A model generated the notes under the pieces. It saw only the letters and a list, made by a program, of their open reading frames with translations. It was not told where the DNA came from and did no database searches. A stretch of DNA of 64,000 nucleotides from Nitrososphaeraceae archaeon (lineage in GTDB: Archaea; Thermoproteota; Nitrososphaeria; Nitrososphaerales; Nitrososphaeraceae), in NCBI GenBank assembly GCA_035250975.1, contig DATFEP010000067.1:44144-108143 (forward strand). The letters are read 5' to 3'. Both the position numbers and the translations under genes were made by a program. Below are positions 19,497 through 29,879 of this stretch, piece by piece (positions within the stretch are counted from its first letter, which is position 1; every line of letters starts with the position of its first letter).

Positions 19497-20453
19497 TCAT
19501 TCCTCATAGAGCCAACATTTCACATAACCGTCTTTCCCAATTTTATAATCTGGGGGATTATTCTTACATTTTTTCATTGCATGTTCACACTGTGAGTAAT
19601 ACTTACAACCATTGGAATCGATTTTATCATTCAATATAGGCAATTTACCTCCGCTTGGATTTACTTCTTTAACTATAAATTCAGCCTTGGTATCTGGTAT
19701 CTGTGATATCAAAGATTTAGTATAAGGGTGTTTTGGATTAAATATTATTTCTTTGGTAGAGTTTATTTCAACGAGTTCACCTGCATACATAATTCCTATC
19801 TTGTCTACTAATTGAGCAATTAATGGAATATCATGTGAAATTAATATAATACTTATCTGTTTTTCTTTTTTTAATTTTTTTAAGAGATTAATAATCTGAG
19901 CTTGAATCAACACATCCAAAGCAGTAGTTGGTTCATCAGCAATAATTACCTCTGGGTCAAGCAATAAAGCCATGGCAATGATTATCCTTTGTTTCATTCC
20001 TCCACTTAATTCATGAGGATATTTATCGAGTATTGATTTATCCAACCCAAAATCTTTAAAAATTTGCAGTACCTTCTCTAAATTTTCTTTTTCTCTATGC
20101 GCTAAAAATATACCATTTATTTGAGATTTTATTTTATAAACAGGGTCCAATGAATTCATTGCACCTTGAAATATCATGGAAATTTTTTTCCACCTTATCT
20201 TCAAACTGAAATCCTTATCAGATAATTTAGAAATATCTTCGTTATTAAAAAATATGCTACCTGATTCTATTTTTCCGGGGTAACCGATATTTTTCAATAT
20301 TGCTGATGCTAAAGTACTTTTACCGCATCCAGATTCTCCTGCGATTCCAAAAGATTCTCCTGCATTAAGACAAAAGGATACGTTGTCTACTGCCCTAATA
20401 GTCATATTATGTAGGTAATATGAAACACTTAAATCTTTAACAACTAATCGCAT
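19497..20453 (-). CDS. Oligopeptide/dipeptide ABC transporter ATP-binding subunit (OppD/DppD-like)
   Basis: GESGCGKS, LSGGMKQR, DEPTTALD, HPYT, C-terminal Cys cluster. Confidence 0.92.
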   Translation of the reverse strand: MRLVVKDLSVSYYLHNMTIRAVDNVSFCLNAGESFGIAGESGCGKSTLASAILKNIGYPGKIESGSIFFNNEDISKLSDKDFSLKIRWKKISMIFQGAMNSLDPVYKIKSQINGIFLAHREKENLEKVLQIFKDFGLDKSILDKYPHELSGGMKQRIIIAMALLLDPEVIIADEPTTALDVLIQAQIINLLKKLKKEKQISIILISHDIPLIAQLVDKIGIMYAGELVEINSTKEIIFNPKHPYTKSLISQIPDTKAEFIVKEVNPSGGKLPILNDKIDSNGCKYYSQCEHAMKKCKNNPPDYKIGKDGYVKCWLYEE

Positions 20454-20560
20454 TCCTGAAGACAGTTTATTATTTTTATCCCAAGAGATATTTTAATTTT
20501 TTTCAGATATTTATTCTAGATATATATACTGGATAAAAAAAGAATTAATATAAAGAAAAA

Positions 20561-21070
20561 TTGAAAACTCCTATTTGTTCTTTTGATGCTAAAACTGGTA
20601 TATTGTGTTCAAAATGTGAATCCAAATTAAAATCAGGTCATCTTACAGAAGGCGATGTAGAAGCATCGATAAAATTAACGAAGTTAGCAGAAAAAAATAA
20701 TACTATCGATAAATTCACGTTAACTGGAGCGTATAAGCTTGACGAAGGTTTGATAATGGTTCTTCCCAGTCCAGATATCAGTATCATCAGATCTGATGAA
20801 AATATAATGAATAAAATTAAAGAAGAATTTAAAGAAAATATTTGGATTATTGAGACAGGAGCGACTGAAAAGAGATTCATTGAGAATTTAGTATATCCTG
20901 TCAAAATAGATTCTATAAACCTAGTATGGTTACCAGATGGTAACAAACTCACAAAGATAGTGATATCGGAAAAAAAGAATAAAAATAAAATTATAGAAGA
21001 AGTCAAGATAAAAGGAATCGCCAGCAAGATAAAAAATATTGAGCTATTAATAGAATATGTCAAGAAATAA
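20561..21070 (+). CDS. Archaeal NusA-like protein with N-terminal Zn motif
   Basis: MKTPICSFDAKTGILCSKC; W.PDG; upstream of aspS. Confidence 0.75.
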   Translation: MKTPICSFDAKTGILCSKCESKLKSGHLTEGDVEASIKLTKLAEKNNTIDKFTLTGAYKLDEGLIMVLPSPDISIIRSDENIMNKIKEEFKENIWIIETGATEKRFIENLVYPVKIDSINLVWLPDGNKLTKIVISEKKNKNKIIEEVKIKGIASKIKNIELLIEYVKK

Positions 21071-21121
21071 ATTTTACTACAAGGAAAAAATGAAATAAAC
21101 CATAAAAACCATTATAAAATA

Positions 21122-22414
21122 TTGAAAAAAAGAAATAAAAGAACTCATTATTCTAATCAGCTAAATGAAAAGATGATTGGTAATAGGGTGAATGTCGGAG
21201 GATGGATTGAGGACTTGCGAGATATAGGAAAAATAATTTTCTTAATAATTAGAGATATAACTGGACCGATTCAAATTGTTGTAAATTCTGATGATTTTCC
21301 AGAAATAAAGGAAATTCCTAGGCAAAGTTCGGTACTTATTTCAGGAATAGTACAGAAAAGCAGAGCAAAGGAAATTAAAGTCGAACTAAAGCTCGATAAG
21401 ATAATAACTATATCATATGCACAGCACCCTCTTCCAATAGATCCAACCGGAAGACTAGAATCGGCTATTGATAAGAGACTGGATTCAAGAGCACTGGATT
21501 TGCGAAATATGAATGTTTCAAGGCTTTTCATTATTAGGTCAATTGCTCTCGAGATCATAAGAAAGACCTTAAGAAAAAAAGGCTTTATAGAGGTAAACAC
21601 TCCAAAAATTATAGGAAGTGCAAGTGAAGGCGGAGCTAATTTATTCTCTTTTGATTATTTTAAGAAAAAAGCTTATCTGGCCCAGAGTCCTCAATTATAT
21701 AAGGAACAATTAATTCTTGCGTTGGATCGTGTCTTTGAAATAGCTCCATATTTTCGAGCTGAAAATTCCAATACTGTTAGGCATCTGACCGAATTCCAAA
21801 GTGTCGATATTGAAGCAGCATTTGTTGACTACCATGAGATCATGGAAATAATGGAAGAAACAATAAAAAATGTCATCAGCAAAATGCGGAAATATGATTT
21901 GATTAATTTAGACAATAATGAAAAGATAAAAACTGCATTGGAGTCGAAATTTGAAATTTTGCCTTACAAAGAATGTGTGGTAGAGCTAAGAAAGAATGGA
22001 GAGGAAATAGAATATGGAGATGACCTTTCAGACACATCGTTAAGAAAATTAGGGCAACTACATCCAGGATTTTACTTCATAACTGATTGGCCTTTGAAAT
22101 TGAAGCCATTTTATATTCATGAAAATGAGGACGATCCTTTTCTTTCATACTCCTTTGATTTGCAGATTGGATATTTGGAATTGATTTCTGGTGGAACGCG
22201 ACAACATAATCCGGATAAGATCAAAAAAAGATTGATTGAACAAGGCCTCAATCCAGATAATTTTTCCGAACATTTGAAAACTTTTCATTGGGGAATGCCT
22301 CCTCATTCTGGGTGTGGGTTGGGTCTAGATAGGCTGATGATGGCAATTACGAATTCTACTAATGTACGAGAAGTAGTACTTTATCCAAGGGATCCGGACA
22401 GGCTTAATCCTTAA
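21122..22414 (+). CDS. aspS: Aspartyl-tRNA synthetase (archaeal type)
   Basis: LDLR, SEGGA, LAQSPQLYK, FRAE, MPPHSG.GLGLDR. Confidence 0.96.
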   Translation: MKKRNKRTHYSNQLNEKMIGNRVNVGGWIEDLRDIGKIIFLIIRDITGPIQIVVNSDDFPEIKEIPRQSSVLISGIVQKSRAKEIKVELKLDKIITISYAQHPLPIDPTGRLESAIDKRLDSRALDLRNMNVSRLFIIRSIALEIIRKTLRKKGFIEVNTPKIIGSASEGGANLFSFDYFKKKAYLAQSPQLYKEQLILALDRVFEIAPYFRAENSNTVRHLTEFQSVDIEAAFVDYHEIMEIMEETIKNVISKMRKYDLINLDNNEKIKTALESKFEILPYKECVVELRKNGEEIEYGDDLSDTSLRKLGQLHPGFYFITDWPLKLKPFYIHENEDDPFLSYSFDLQIGYLELISGGTRQHNPDKIKKRLIEQGLNPDNFSEHLKTFHWGMPPHSGCGLGLDRLMMAITNSTNVREVVLYPRDPDRLNP

Positions 22415-22832
22415 TTCTATTTATGAGTACTTCAATAATTTTTTTTTCTTCACTTAGCAAGAAAGCTTTAAATGAAAATTCCGTTGTTGAATATATTAGC
22501 CAAATAACTGGATTTATTTCCATATATCTTAGGTCAGTTGCAGAGGGATAAGGTATTGATGGATGAGAGTGAAATATTGATATAACATCCAAATTCATTG
22601 ACTTGGATTTTTCATAAAAGGTTATCAAATCTTTTGGATGTACTGTGAAAAATGTAGAAGACTTTGAGAAATTATTCGTTATTATGACATTTTTTACAGA
22701 ATAATTAGTTATAGAATTTTTTTTTCCTAAAAGCAAAGCACAGGATTCTAGAGGAATTGAATCTTTTGCCAACCTTTCTAAATGGGTTAAATTATAATCA
22801 CTTATAGAAAGAATTATTGAGTCCATAATCAC
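22404..22832 (-). CDS. JAMM/MPN+ (M67) metallo-isopeptidase
   Basis: P.ESCALL.G; FHSHP....PS.TD. Confidence 0.9.
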   Translation of the reverse strand: MIMDSIILSISDYNLTHLERLAKDSIPLESCALLLGKKNSITNYSVKNVIITNNFSKSSTFFTVHPKDLITFYEKSKSMNLDVISIFHSHPSIPYPSATDLRYMEINPVIWLIYSTTEFSFKAFLLSEEKKIIEVLINRIKD

Positions 22833-22939
22833 AATTTAAATAAAACAAAATAAATTTTTTTTTAAATAAAAAAGAATAGTCAGAAGAATTTGCTTTTCAG
22901 TTTTTTTCGTCGACTCAAATCTTTATTTTAAAAAAAATA

Positions 22940-23840
22940 TCTAGAGCCATACTCTGTAATGAACTGGGTTTCTAGATATCCTTAGAGACATCCGTTTCAC
23001 AATACGTGTTGTCATAGCTATATGTTTTCACTCTCTTTGTATGTATGTAATTTACTAGGGCAGGTACAAACTAGACTAGATATCATACAATTTAAACATG
23101 TGACCGTAATGTATATACATCAAACCAATTTTCTTGATCCGATAGATTGTATATTTTTGTATTATACTCTGTTCACACAATTTTCATATAATAAAATATC
23201 TCATATCCATGTTCATTATCTCGCTTTACCTTAAGAAATTAAGTTTAAATCTGGAAAATCCTTTGATACTGATATTCATCCTAAATATTAATGCTTATTA
23301 AATGTTAGTCTGTTGCAACATGTTGATTTTTGTGTAACACATAATGTTATCTAATTCCTTTTCCATATCTTCGTTTAGTGACCTGACGGGTTTGTTGTCA
23401 AGATGTACATTTTGTTATCATACATATGTATTTTTATATCATACTTAGGTCTGTGGATTTGTTGTTCAATGGATTTTATCAAAGTGTTAAAATTAGAAGA
23501 CCATATGTAATTCAATATTAGTTTTTAATTTTCTACGATATGCTATAACTCCTTTCAAAATTTGTCTGTACTTTTTAACCGAAGCTGTAATGAAATAGCT
23601 ATGCATTTACGAAATATTCTTTTAGTTCTAAGAGAAATCCCAGGAATTGTCTGTATTCTGATTATTCTTGAGTGTATATGATCTTTTTCTTCAGTCTCTA
23701 CAGGTCAGATCGGAATTAAGCAGAGCCAATCCTAGAATTAATACAAAATAATCCATTTTTATGGATGAGTGAGTAAAATTTGGTAAATCCATATGGACTG
23801 ACCCGGTGAAAAGGGAACGTAGTTGTAAACTTATTATCAT
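22940..23840 (-). pseudogene. About 0.9 kb ORF-free region, possibly a heavily decayed transposase
   Basis: No long ORF; scattered minus-strand fragments (PNFT, IPVD, HGY, CET..S) in an order resembling IS5/DDE_Tnp_1 enzymes. Confidence 0.2.
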
Positions 23841-23854
23841 GAAGATATCTGATA

Positions 23855-24655
23855 CTACTCTATTTTGAATTTCGCATTCATATATGGATGAATGGTGCAA
23901 AAATATTCATACTCTTTATCTTTGAGATCGGATAACATTAAAGTATAGCTTTCATTTGATTTTATAATTGACGAGTCGAATGATTTGCCATCGTCTTTGA
24001 GGCTTGTAACCGTGTGTGGAACATTATCTAAATTTGTCCATTTAATTCCAGAAAAGTCTTTTATAACTAGATCTTCAGGGGAATAATCCGGATTTCCTTG
24101 TGCAGAGGAGCCTGCCAGTATTTCTACTTTTGCTAGTTTCGAGGTATCTATGTTACTAGTTTGAATCTGATTTGTTTCCTGTTTTTGCGTAACTTCCGGT
24201 GCGGCTTCAGGATGCGGTATTGCAAGTAAAGATAGTACTGCAATTCCTACAACAACAGATATAATAAATATAAGAAGATAAAATTTAACTTTAGAGCTAT
24301 TTCTGTGAATTGCTATCACAACTGCTGTGGCTGGAATTGATACAAGTAAGATAAGCCCGATGTATATGAAAATACTTGGAGTTTGAACACTAGAAATAAC
24401 AGCATTGGTTAATCCTAAGATTACCAGAATTCCTAATGTAATGAAGGTTGCTAATTTTGCTTTTTTCGAAGAGGGAAATCCATCTTTGAGAACCCCCGCT
24501 GAAAGAAAAATCATACCTATTAAAAATGTTAATAACGATACAGCGTGCATTCCATCAATAAATGTCTTAGCTATTCCAGAAAGGGATATCATTACACCTA
24601 CAATACCCAGAGATGTAAGACCTATACCAGGGGTTAAGAGGTCCCAGTCAGACAT
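23855..24655 (-). CDS. Membrane-anchored blue-copper (cupredoxin) protein
   Basis: About 5 TM helices, then WTN.D..PHTVTS and YFCTIHPYM type-1 Cu ligands. Confidence 0.9.
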   Translation of the reverse strand: MSDWDLLTPGIGLTSLGIVGVMISLSGIAKTFIDGMHAVSLLTFLIGMIFLSAGVLKDGFPSSKKAKLATFITLGILVILGLTNAVISSVQTPSIFIYIGLILLVSIPATAVVIAIHRNSSKVKFYLLIFIISVVVGIAVLSLLAIPHPEAAPEVTQKQETNQIQTSNIDTSKLAKVEILAGSSAQGNPDYSPEDLVIKDFSGIKWTNLDNVPHTVTSLKDDGKSFDSSIIKSNESYTLMLSDLKDKEYEYFCTIHPYMNAKFKIE

Positions 24656-24817
24656 ACTGTATGGTTAGTTTGGAGGATTTCGCTATAATTTTAACCTTTT
24701 CAACTGTAATAAGTATCTCAGATTGAGTGATAATGACAAAAAAATTATGTTAAATCATAGATATTTAACGAATAAATTAAATCCAACGTTATTAATTAAT
24801 TTATCCGTGCCGATACA

Positions 24818-25705
24818 GTGGATATAAAACCATATATTGAAGTCTCAAAACCAAGAATTGTAGTTGTTTTAGTAATAACTGCGGTAACATCAATGCTAGG
24901 TGCAACTCGATTCGATACCTCGCCAGATATTGCATGGGATATATCTCTTTGGAAATTATTTTTCTTGATTCTTTGTGGTTCTCTTGCCTCTATGGGCTCT
25001 AGTGCTTTAAACCACTACTACGACAGAGACATTGATAAGATTATGGAAAGAACATCGAAAAGACCTATCCCATCTGGACAATTATCAGCAAGAACTGTCT
25101 TTATTTATGGTATATGCATTAGCGTTTTTTCAGTGGTCATTGCATGGTTTACATTAAATCCCATGGCTACATTCATGATTGCATTAGGAATATTTGTTTA
25201 TGTAGTTATATATACAGCATGGCTAAAAAGGTCAAACTCCTTGAATATAGTTATCGGAGGATTCGCTGGAAGTGCAGCATCGATGGCTGGATGGGCCACA
25301 ACAACTGGATCCATGGATCTGTTGGGATTTCTAGTAGGCTGGTTGGTTTTCATGTGGACACCGCCTCATTTTTGGTGTCTGGCGATAAAAAAGAGAGAAG
25401 AATATGCAAGTGTAAAAGTTCCTATGCTTCCTGTGCTTATTGGAAATACAAAAACTGCACAGTATATTTTTATCAATACTGCCATATTACTACCATTTTC
25501 ACTATCGTTATATTTTTTTGGATTGGGAATAGTTTACACAATAATAGCATTTATTTCTGGTACTGTTATGCTAATTTATCACTATAAATTAACGAAAAAT
25601 CCAACCCCTGAATTTGCTTGGAAGGCGTATAAGGTAACAGCTCCTTACTTAGTTATAGTATTTATAGCAATTGCGATAGACGCGTTATTTTATTTTAGAT
25701 TCTGA
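24818..25705 (+). CDS. cyoE: Protoheme IX farnesyltransferase (heme O synthase)
   Basis: KPRI, DRDID.IM.RT..RPIPSG, YT.WLKR, NIVIGG, WTPPHFW. Confidence 0.95.
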   Translation: MDIKPYIEVSKPRIVVVLVITAVTSMLGATRFDTSPDIAWDISLWKLFFLILCGSLASMGSSALNHYYDRDIDKIMERTSKRPIPSGQLSARTVFIYGICISVFSVVIAWFTLNPMATFMIALGIFVYVVIYTAWLKRSNSLNIVIGGFAGSAASMAGWATTTGSMDLLGFLVGWLVFMWTPPHFWCLAIKKREEYASVKVPMLPVLIGNTKTAQYIFINTAILLPFSLSLYFFGLGIVYTIIAFISGTVMLIYHYKLTKNPTPEFAWKAYKVTAPYLVIVFIAIAIDALFYFRF

Positions 25706-25721
25706 AAAAATTATAGATAAT

Positions 25722-25931
25722 TTAACGCAATAGTTCAATTCGTCGTTTATCTTTAGATATCCACGAGACTTTTAATAAACCATAAATTTCCAAATCTAAC
25801 AGGATTTTGTTTAGTTCTGCAGAATCTAACTCTATTCCTTCCTTTGACAAAATTGACGTTAATTCTGAATCGGTAACATTATTTAATTGCTGTATTTTTT
25901 CATAGATGATATTTCTTAACGGATATTTCAA
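25722..25931 (-). CDS. Small conserved winged-helix-like protein
   Basis: LNK.LLDLEIYGLLKVSW...RRI; follows EF-1beta in the same orientation. Confidence 0.7.
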   Translation of the reverse strand: MKYPLRNIIYEKIQQLNNVTDSELTSILSKEGIELDSAELNKILLDLEIYGLLKVSWISKDKRRIELLR

Positions 25932-26012
25932 GCTTAATGATAAATGAACATCAAATATAGTATTAATATATTTTCCACTTTCAAAGTCATGCGAATTAAA
26001 TAAAAAACTCTT

Positions 26013-26294
26013 TTACTTTATATTTACAGATTGTCTACTTACGCTAATAACTTGTATCTCACTTACACCGTTTGTTTTCTTTATGCTTTCTTCTAAGGCA
26101 TCCATTTGACCTTCTGAATCGTCTAATGTGAAATCGCAAAGTAGAGAGTATATACCAAACGCAAGAGGTTCTTTACCATATCTTTTAAGTTCCATTCCAC
26201 TTGGAATTTGTGAGGGTAGATCTTTAATAATTTCGTCTAGATTAGTATCAGATTCCGTTGGTAATATTTTAATTCTAGCCACGAGTCGAGCCAT
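26013..26294 (-). CDS. ef1b: Translation elongation factor aEF-1beta
   Basis: KILP..., EPLAFG...L, 93 aa. Confidence 0.92.
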   Translation of the reverse strand: MARLVARIKILPTESDTNLDEIIKDLPSQIPSGMELKRYGKEPLAFGIYSLLCDFTLDDSEGQMDALEESIKKTNGVSEIQVISVSRQSVNIK

Positions 26295-26296
26295 AT

Positions 26297-26476
26297 CTAT
26301 GGACCCTCGAAGCTACAATTAACACATTTATATGATCTTGCAAATTCTCTACAGCTTTGACATCTCCACAATAAAACGTATCCACAACTAGGGCAATAAA
26401 ATTTTACACATTCATCATTAGGCATTATAGATCTATTACATGATGAACAGACTGGCAATTCTAATGTTTTAGACAT
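26297..26476 (-). CDS. Zinc-ribbon protein (DUF1610/HVO_2753-like), absent from the ORF track
   Basis: Translated by hand: MSKTLELPVCSSCNRSIMPNDECVKFYCPSCGYVLLWRCQSCREFARSYKCVNCSFEGP* (59 aa, four CxxC); conserved archaeal position upstream of EF-1beta. Confidence 0.9.
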   Translation of the reverse strand: MSKTLELPVCSSCNRSIMPNDECVKFYCPSCGYVLLWRCQSCREFARSYKCVNCSFEGP

Positions 26477-26519
26477 TTTGATTCAATTTGAGAAATCCGA
26501 ATTTATATCTTGTTATATA

Positions 26520-27689
26520 TTAAAAGTCTATCATATGTCTTAATTCATTTCCCAATATAGTGCTGATCAATTTCATAGTTTTTTTAGTTCCAAGAATTTT
26601 AGATATAGCTATACTATGAAAATCGAAACTTGCGGATTCAGAAATTTCATCAAGAGTGGTATCGGTCACAACTGAAAGTATTTCGTCTAGGGATTTGTTG
26701 TCCAGTCTTTCCAAAATTTTCCTAAATAGAAGCATAATTTGAAATTCTTTTCCAAAAATCGAAAACCATTTTTTTTCATATTCATGAAGATGAATTTTTT
26801 GATTAGTTATTTTGTACCTTGCGATGCTCTTTCCAGCCAATATTCCTCCCATTCCGCATGAAAAAATTCCTCCGGCAGTGGTTGGTTTTGTTTGGCCTGC
26901 AGCGTCACCCACCAACATACTTCGCTCGTTTATGAAATTTTTTAGTGGTCCTCCAACCCAAACAGGAGCATATATCTTTCTAATGGCAGAATATTTGAAA
27001 TTGAAACTTGAGATAAAGGATTCAAGTGTTTGTAAGGCATTGATTTTGCTTCCTGCAACACCTATCTTTGCTTTTCCCTGACCAGTTGGAATTATCCATG
27101 CGAAAAAATGAGGATATATTTCGCTATCTAATTTTACTAGGATTTCATCACTTGGAATCCTATCAGCATAGATCTCATACTGAGCAGATTGTAAAATGCC
27201 ATTTCGATTAGTACGATTAATAAGAGATGAAATACCCCTTGCATCAACAAAAAGATCCGAACTGAATGAGCAATTATTAGTGCTTATTCCGAATTTCTTT
27301 TCAAGAGAATCATAATTTATAGTGGTAACTAAATTTCTTGTTACAATATCGGCTCCAGATTTTTGAGCTTGAAACGCTATCTGTTTGTCAAATTCCCTTC
27401 TATCGAGGACGATTAATGTATCGTGTTTTATAATAATATCAAAACTTTTAGAAGCTGACGAGATTTTTGCTTTTTTTACACTATGTACAATTGATCTCGA
27501 AGATGGAATAATTCCCAATTTTTCCATAGCCTGAAGACTAACCAGTCCACCACAATGTTCTGGAGTTCCAATTTCACTATCTTCTTCAAGAACTAATACT
27601 GATAAACCGGACCTCGCTATTTCTCTAGCGCACAATAAACCTGAAACACTTCCACCCGCTACTATTACATCATAGAATTTTTTTTCCAT
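26520..27689 (-). CDS. Geranylgeranyl reductase-family FAD oxidoreductase
   Basis: YDVIVAGG...G, EIG.PEHCGG, FAWIIP, LVGDAAGQ.KP.TAGGI. Confidence 0.88.
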   Translation of the reverse strand: MEKKFYDVIVAGGSVSGLLCAREIARSGLSVLVLEEDSEIGTPEHCGGLVSLQAMEKLGIIPSSRSIVHSVKKAKISSASKSFDIIIKHDTLIVLDRREFDKQIAFQAQKSGADIVTRNLVTTINYDSLEKKFGISTNNCSFSSDLFVDARGISSLINRTNRNGILQSAQYEIYADRIPSDEILVKLDSEIYPHFFAWIIPTGQGKAKIGVAGSKINALQTLESFISSFNFKYSAIRKIYAPVWVGGPLKNFINERSMLVGDAAGQTKPTTAGGIFSCGMGGILAGKSIARYKITNQKIHLHEYEKKWFSIFGKEFQIMLLFRKILERLDNKSLDEILSVVTDTTLDEISESASFDFHSIAISKILGTKKTMKLISTILGNELRHMIDF

Positions 27690-27738
27690 TAATACAATAT
27701 AACCATTTTATTAATAATAATTAAAATGTATTTTAGAT

Positions 27739-28092
27739 ATGGATCTTAAACAAGTCATCATAGTTCGAAAAGATCTTAAAATGGGTACTGGAAAGATAGC
27801 TGCGCAGGTAGCACACGCTTCAGTTTTAGCATATGAAAGATCTAGAGTCAAAAATAGTACTTGGCTTAAAACATGGTATAATTTTGGACAACCAAAGGTG
27901 GTACTTAAAGTAAACAGTTTAGAAGAGTTAGAGGAAATAAGGAAAAAAGCACAGGCACATGATTTACCTGTCGTAATAGTACGTGATGCTGGTTTGACTC
28001 AACTTGAGCCAGGTACTGCAACTTGTCTTGGAATAGGCCCCGCGCCATCTGTTTTAATTGATAGGGTTACTGGAGGTTTAAAGCTTCTCTAG
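27739..28092 (+). CDS. pth2: Peptidyl-tRNA hydrolase 2
   Basis: KQVIIVRKDLKMGTGKIAAQVAHA, DAGLTQ, GIGP. Confidence 0.96.
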   Translation: MDLKQVIIVRKDLKMGTGKIAAQVAHASVLAYERSRVKNSTWLKTWYNFGQPKVVLKVNSLEELEEIRKKAQAHDLPVVIVRDAGLTQLEPGTATCLGIGPAPSVLIDRVTGGLKLL

Positions 28093-28230
28093 AATAGTGG
28101 AAAAAAATTATTATATTGATCAAATTTTGTTATCTAGTAATATTAAAAAGCCACTTGATAGTATTATATAGAAAAAGTTAAGAATTCAGTTAGCTAAAAA
28201 AAATTAACACAAAGCCTTATTTTAGTTGTA

Positions 28231-28626
28231 ATGTATAAAATACTATTGCGAAGGAAGAAAAAAGACATAGTTCATAGTTCACAGATAACCTTAGATGAAT
28301 TCTATATTAAAAAATTTAAGGAAAAAATAGAAAAGATGTTGTTAATAAGTAATAAGAATAACCATCCATTAGTACTTTATAGAAGGACGATTGAGGAAAA
28401 CGATGTAAGTATAGAAGAAGAAATAGCTACTGTTTCGGAGAAATATGTGGTAGTTCAAATTTTTACTCATGGAGGATATCTTCCTGTCCTATTCAGGGAG
28501 CAACATGTTTTCACACCTGAAGAATTCCCCTACTGGATAATCAAAAGAAGTAGGAGTATGCTTCTACAATGTATGGAAAATATGGATGACTTTATAAACA
28601 CGTACAATAATGATTTGCAGAATTAA
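28231..28626 (+). CDS. Hypothetical protein
   Basis: 131 aa ORF, no recognised motif. Confidence 0.6.
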   Translation: MYKILLRRKKKDIVHSSQITLDEFYIKKFKEKIEKMLLISNKNNHPLVLYRRTIEENDVSIEEEIATVSEKYVVVQIFTHGGYLPVLFREQHVFTPEEFPYWIIKRSRSMLLQCMENMDDFINTYNNDLQN

Positions 28627-28685
28627 TTATTTTTTAAAGGGTTTTTTAAATCTAATCTAATGATATATAGCTGAAAAGAAAAATT

Positions 28686-29879
28686 TTAAAAATTAGAATC
28701 TAATATAACTAAACCTGGCATCTTATCACCAGCAAGATATCTAAGCGAAGCTCCGCCTCCGGTTGAAACGTGACTTACTTCTGATTCTGAAACTCCAGAT
28801 TTCTTCATAGCCTCTAATGTGTCACCTCCTCCTATTAGTGTCTTGGAGCCTCTCCAATATGCTAAAGCCATACTTTTTGCTATATGGATAGTACCATTAG
28901 AAAAGAGATCCTTCTCAAAAAATCCCATTGGTCCATTCCAAAAAATTGTTCCGTTTTTATTAGATCCAATCTCAGAGGAATAATTTTGTATAGTTTCATT
29001 TCCTATATCAAACCCTATCATTCCATCAGGAATATTTTCCTTACATAGCATTGCCGACTCGCTTTCAGCATTTGTTGCAACTATGTGATCGACTGGAAGT
29101 ACTATCTTTTCCTGGTATCTTTTTAAAGAGTTTTTAGCCCAAACTAAATGCGCTTCGTCGATCGGAGAATTCCCAATATTCAGTTCCTTTGCCTTGAGAA
29201 AGGTATATGCGGCGGCTCCGCCTATCAAGATCTTGTCTGCTTTTGGTAACAAATTTTCCATGGCCCCAATTTTATCTCTTATTTTGACACCTCCGATAAC
29301 CACAAGAAATGGTCTAATTGGTTTCTCTTTTATCATTGTAAGATATTCGAGTTCCTTCTTTAGATTAAATCCGCCCAATTTTATATCAAACAATGTCGCT
29401 GCACCATAAGTTGACGAATGTTTTCTATGCGATGTGCTAAATGCGTCATTCACATAAATATCAGCCAATGATGCAAGTTGTTTTGAAAATTCTGGATTAT
29501 TTAATTCCTCCTCATGATGAAAACGGAGATTTTCTAATAAAATAATTCCTGATTTTTGAAGTGCTCGAACTTGGTTATAAACTTCATTTCCAACACAATC
29601 AGGAACAAATTTGACTTGTGTTTTAAGAATTTCAGAAAGTCTTGTTGCAACAGGAAATAGAGAATAATCTGAATTGTGATCTTTGGGTCTTCCTAAGTGT
29701 GAAATTAGTACTACCTTACAATTTCTTTTTACGAGATAATCTATGGTTGGAATAGACATTCTAATTCTATAATCCTCACCTATGTTTCCATTTTTAATAC
29801 TGACATTAAAATCAACTCGAACTAAGGCAGTCTTTCCATCGTATTTATCATCATAGAGATCTGTCAAGAATTTGATCAT
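28686..29879 (-). CDS. pgk: Phosphoglycerate kinase
   Basis: RVDFNV, SHLGRP, LLENLRF, NDAF, WNGPMG.FE, GGGDT, STGGGA. Confidence 0.95.
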   Translation of the reverse strand: MIKFLTDLYDDKYDGKTALVRVDFNVSIKNGNIGEDYRIRMSIPTIDYLVKRNCKVVLISHLGRPKDHNSDYSLFPVATRLSEILKTQVKFVPDCVGNEVYNQVRALQKSGIILLENLRFHHEEELNNPEFSKQLASLADIYVNDAFSTSHRKHSSTYGAATLFDIKLGGFNLKKELEYLTMIKEKPIRPFLVVIGGVKIRDKIGAMENLLPKADKILIGGAAAYTFLKAKELNIGNSPIDEAHLVWAKNSLKRYQEKIVLPVDHIVATNAESESAMLCKENIPDGMIGFDIGNETIQNYSSEIGSNKNGTIFWNGPMGFFEKDLFSNGTIHIAKSMALAYWRGSKTLIGGGDTLEAMKKSGVSESEVSHVSTGGGASLRYLAGDKMPGLVILDSNF

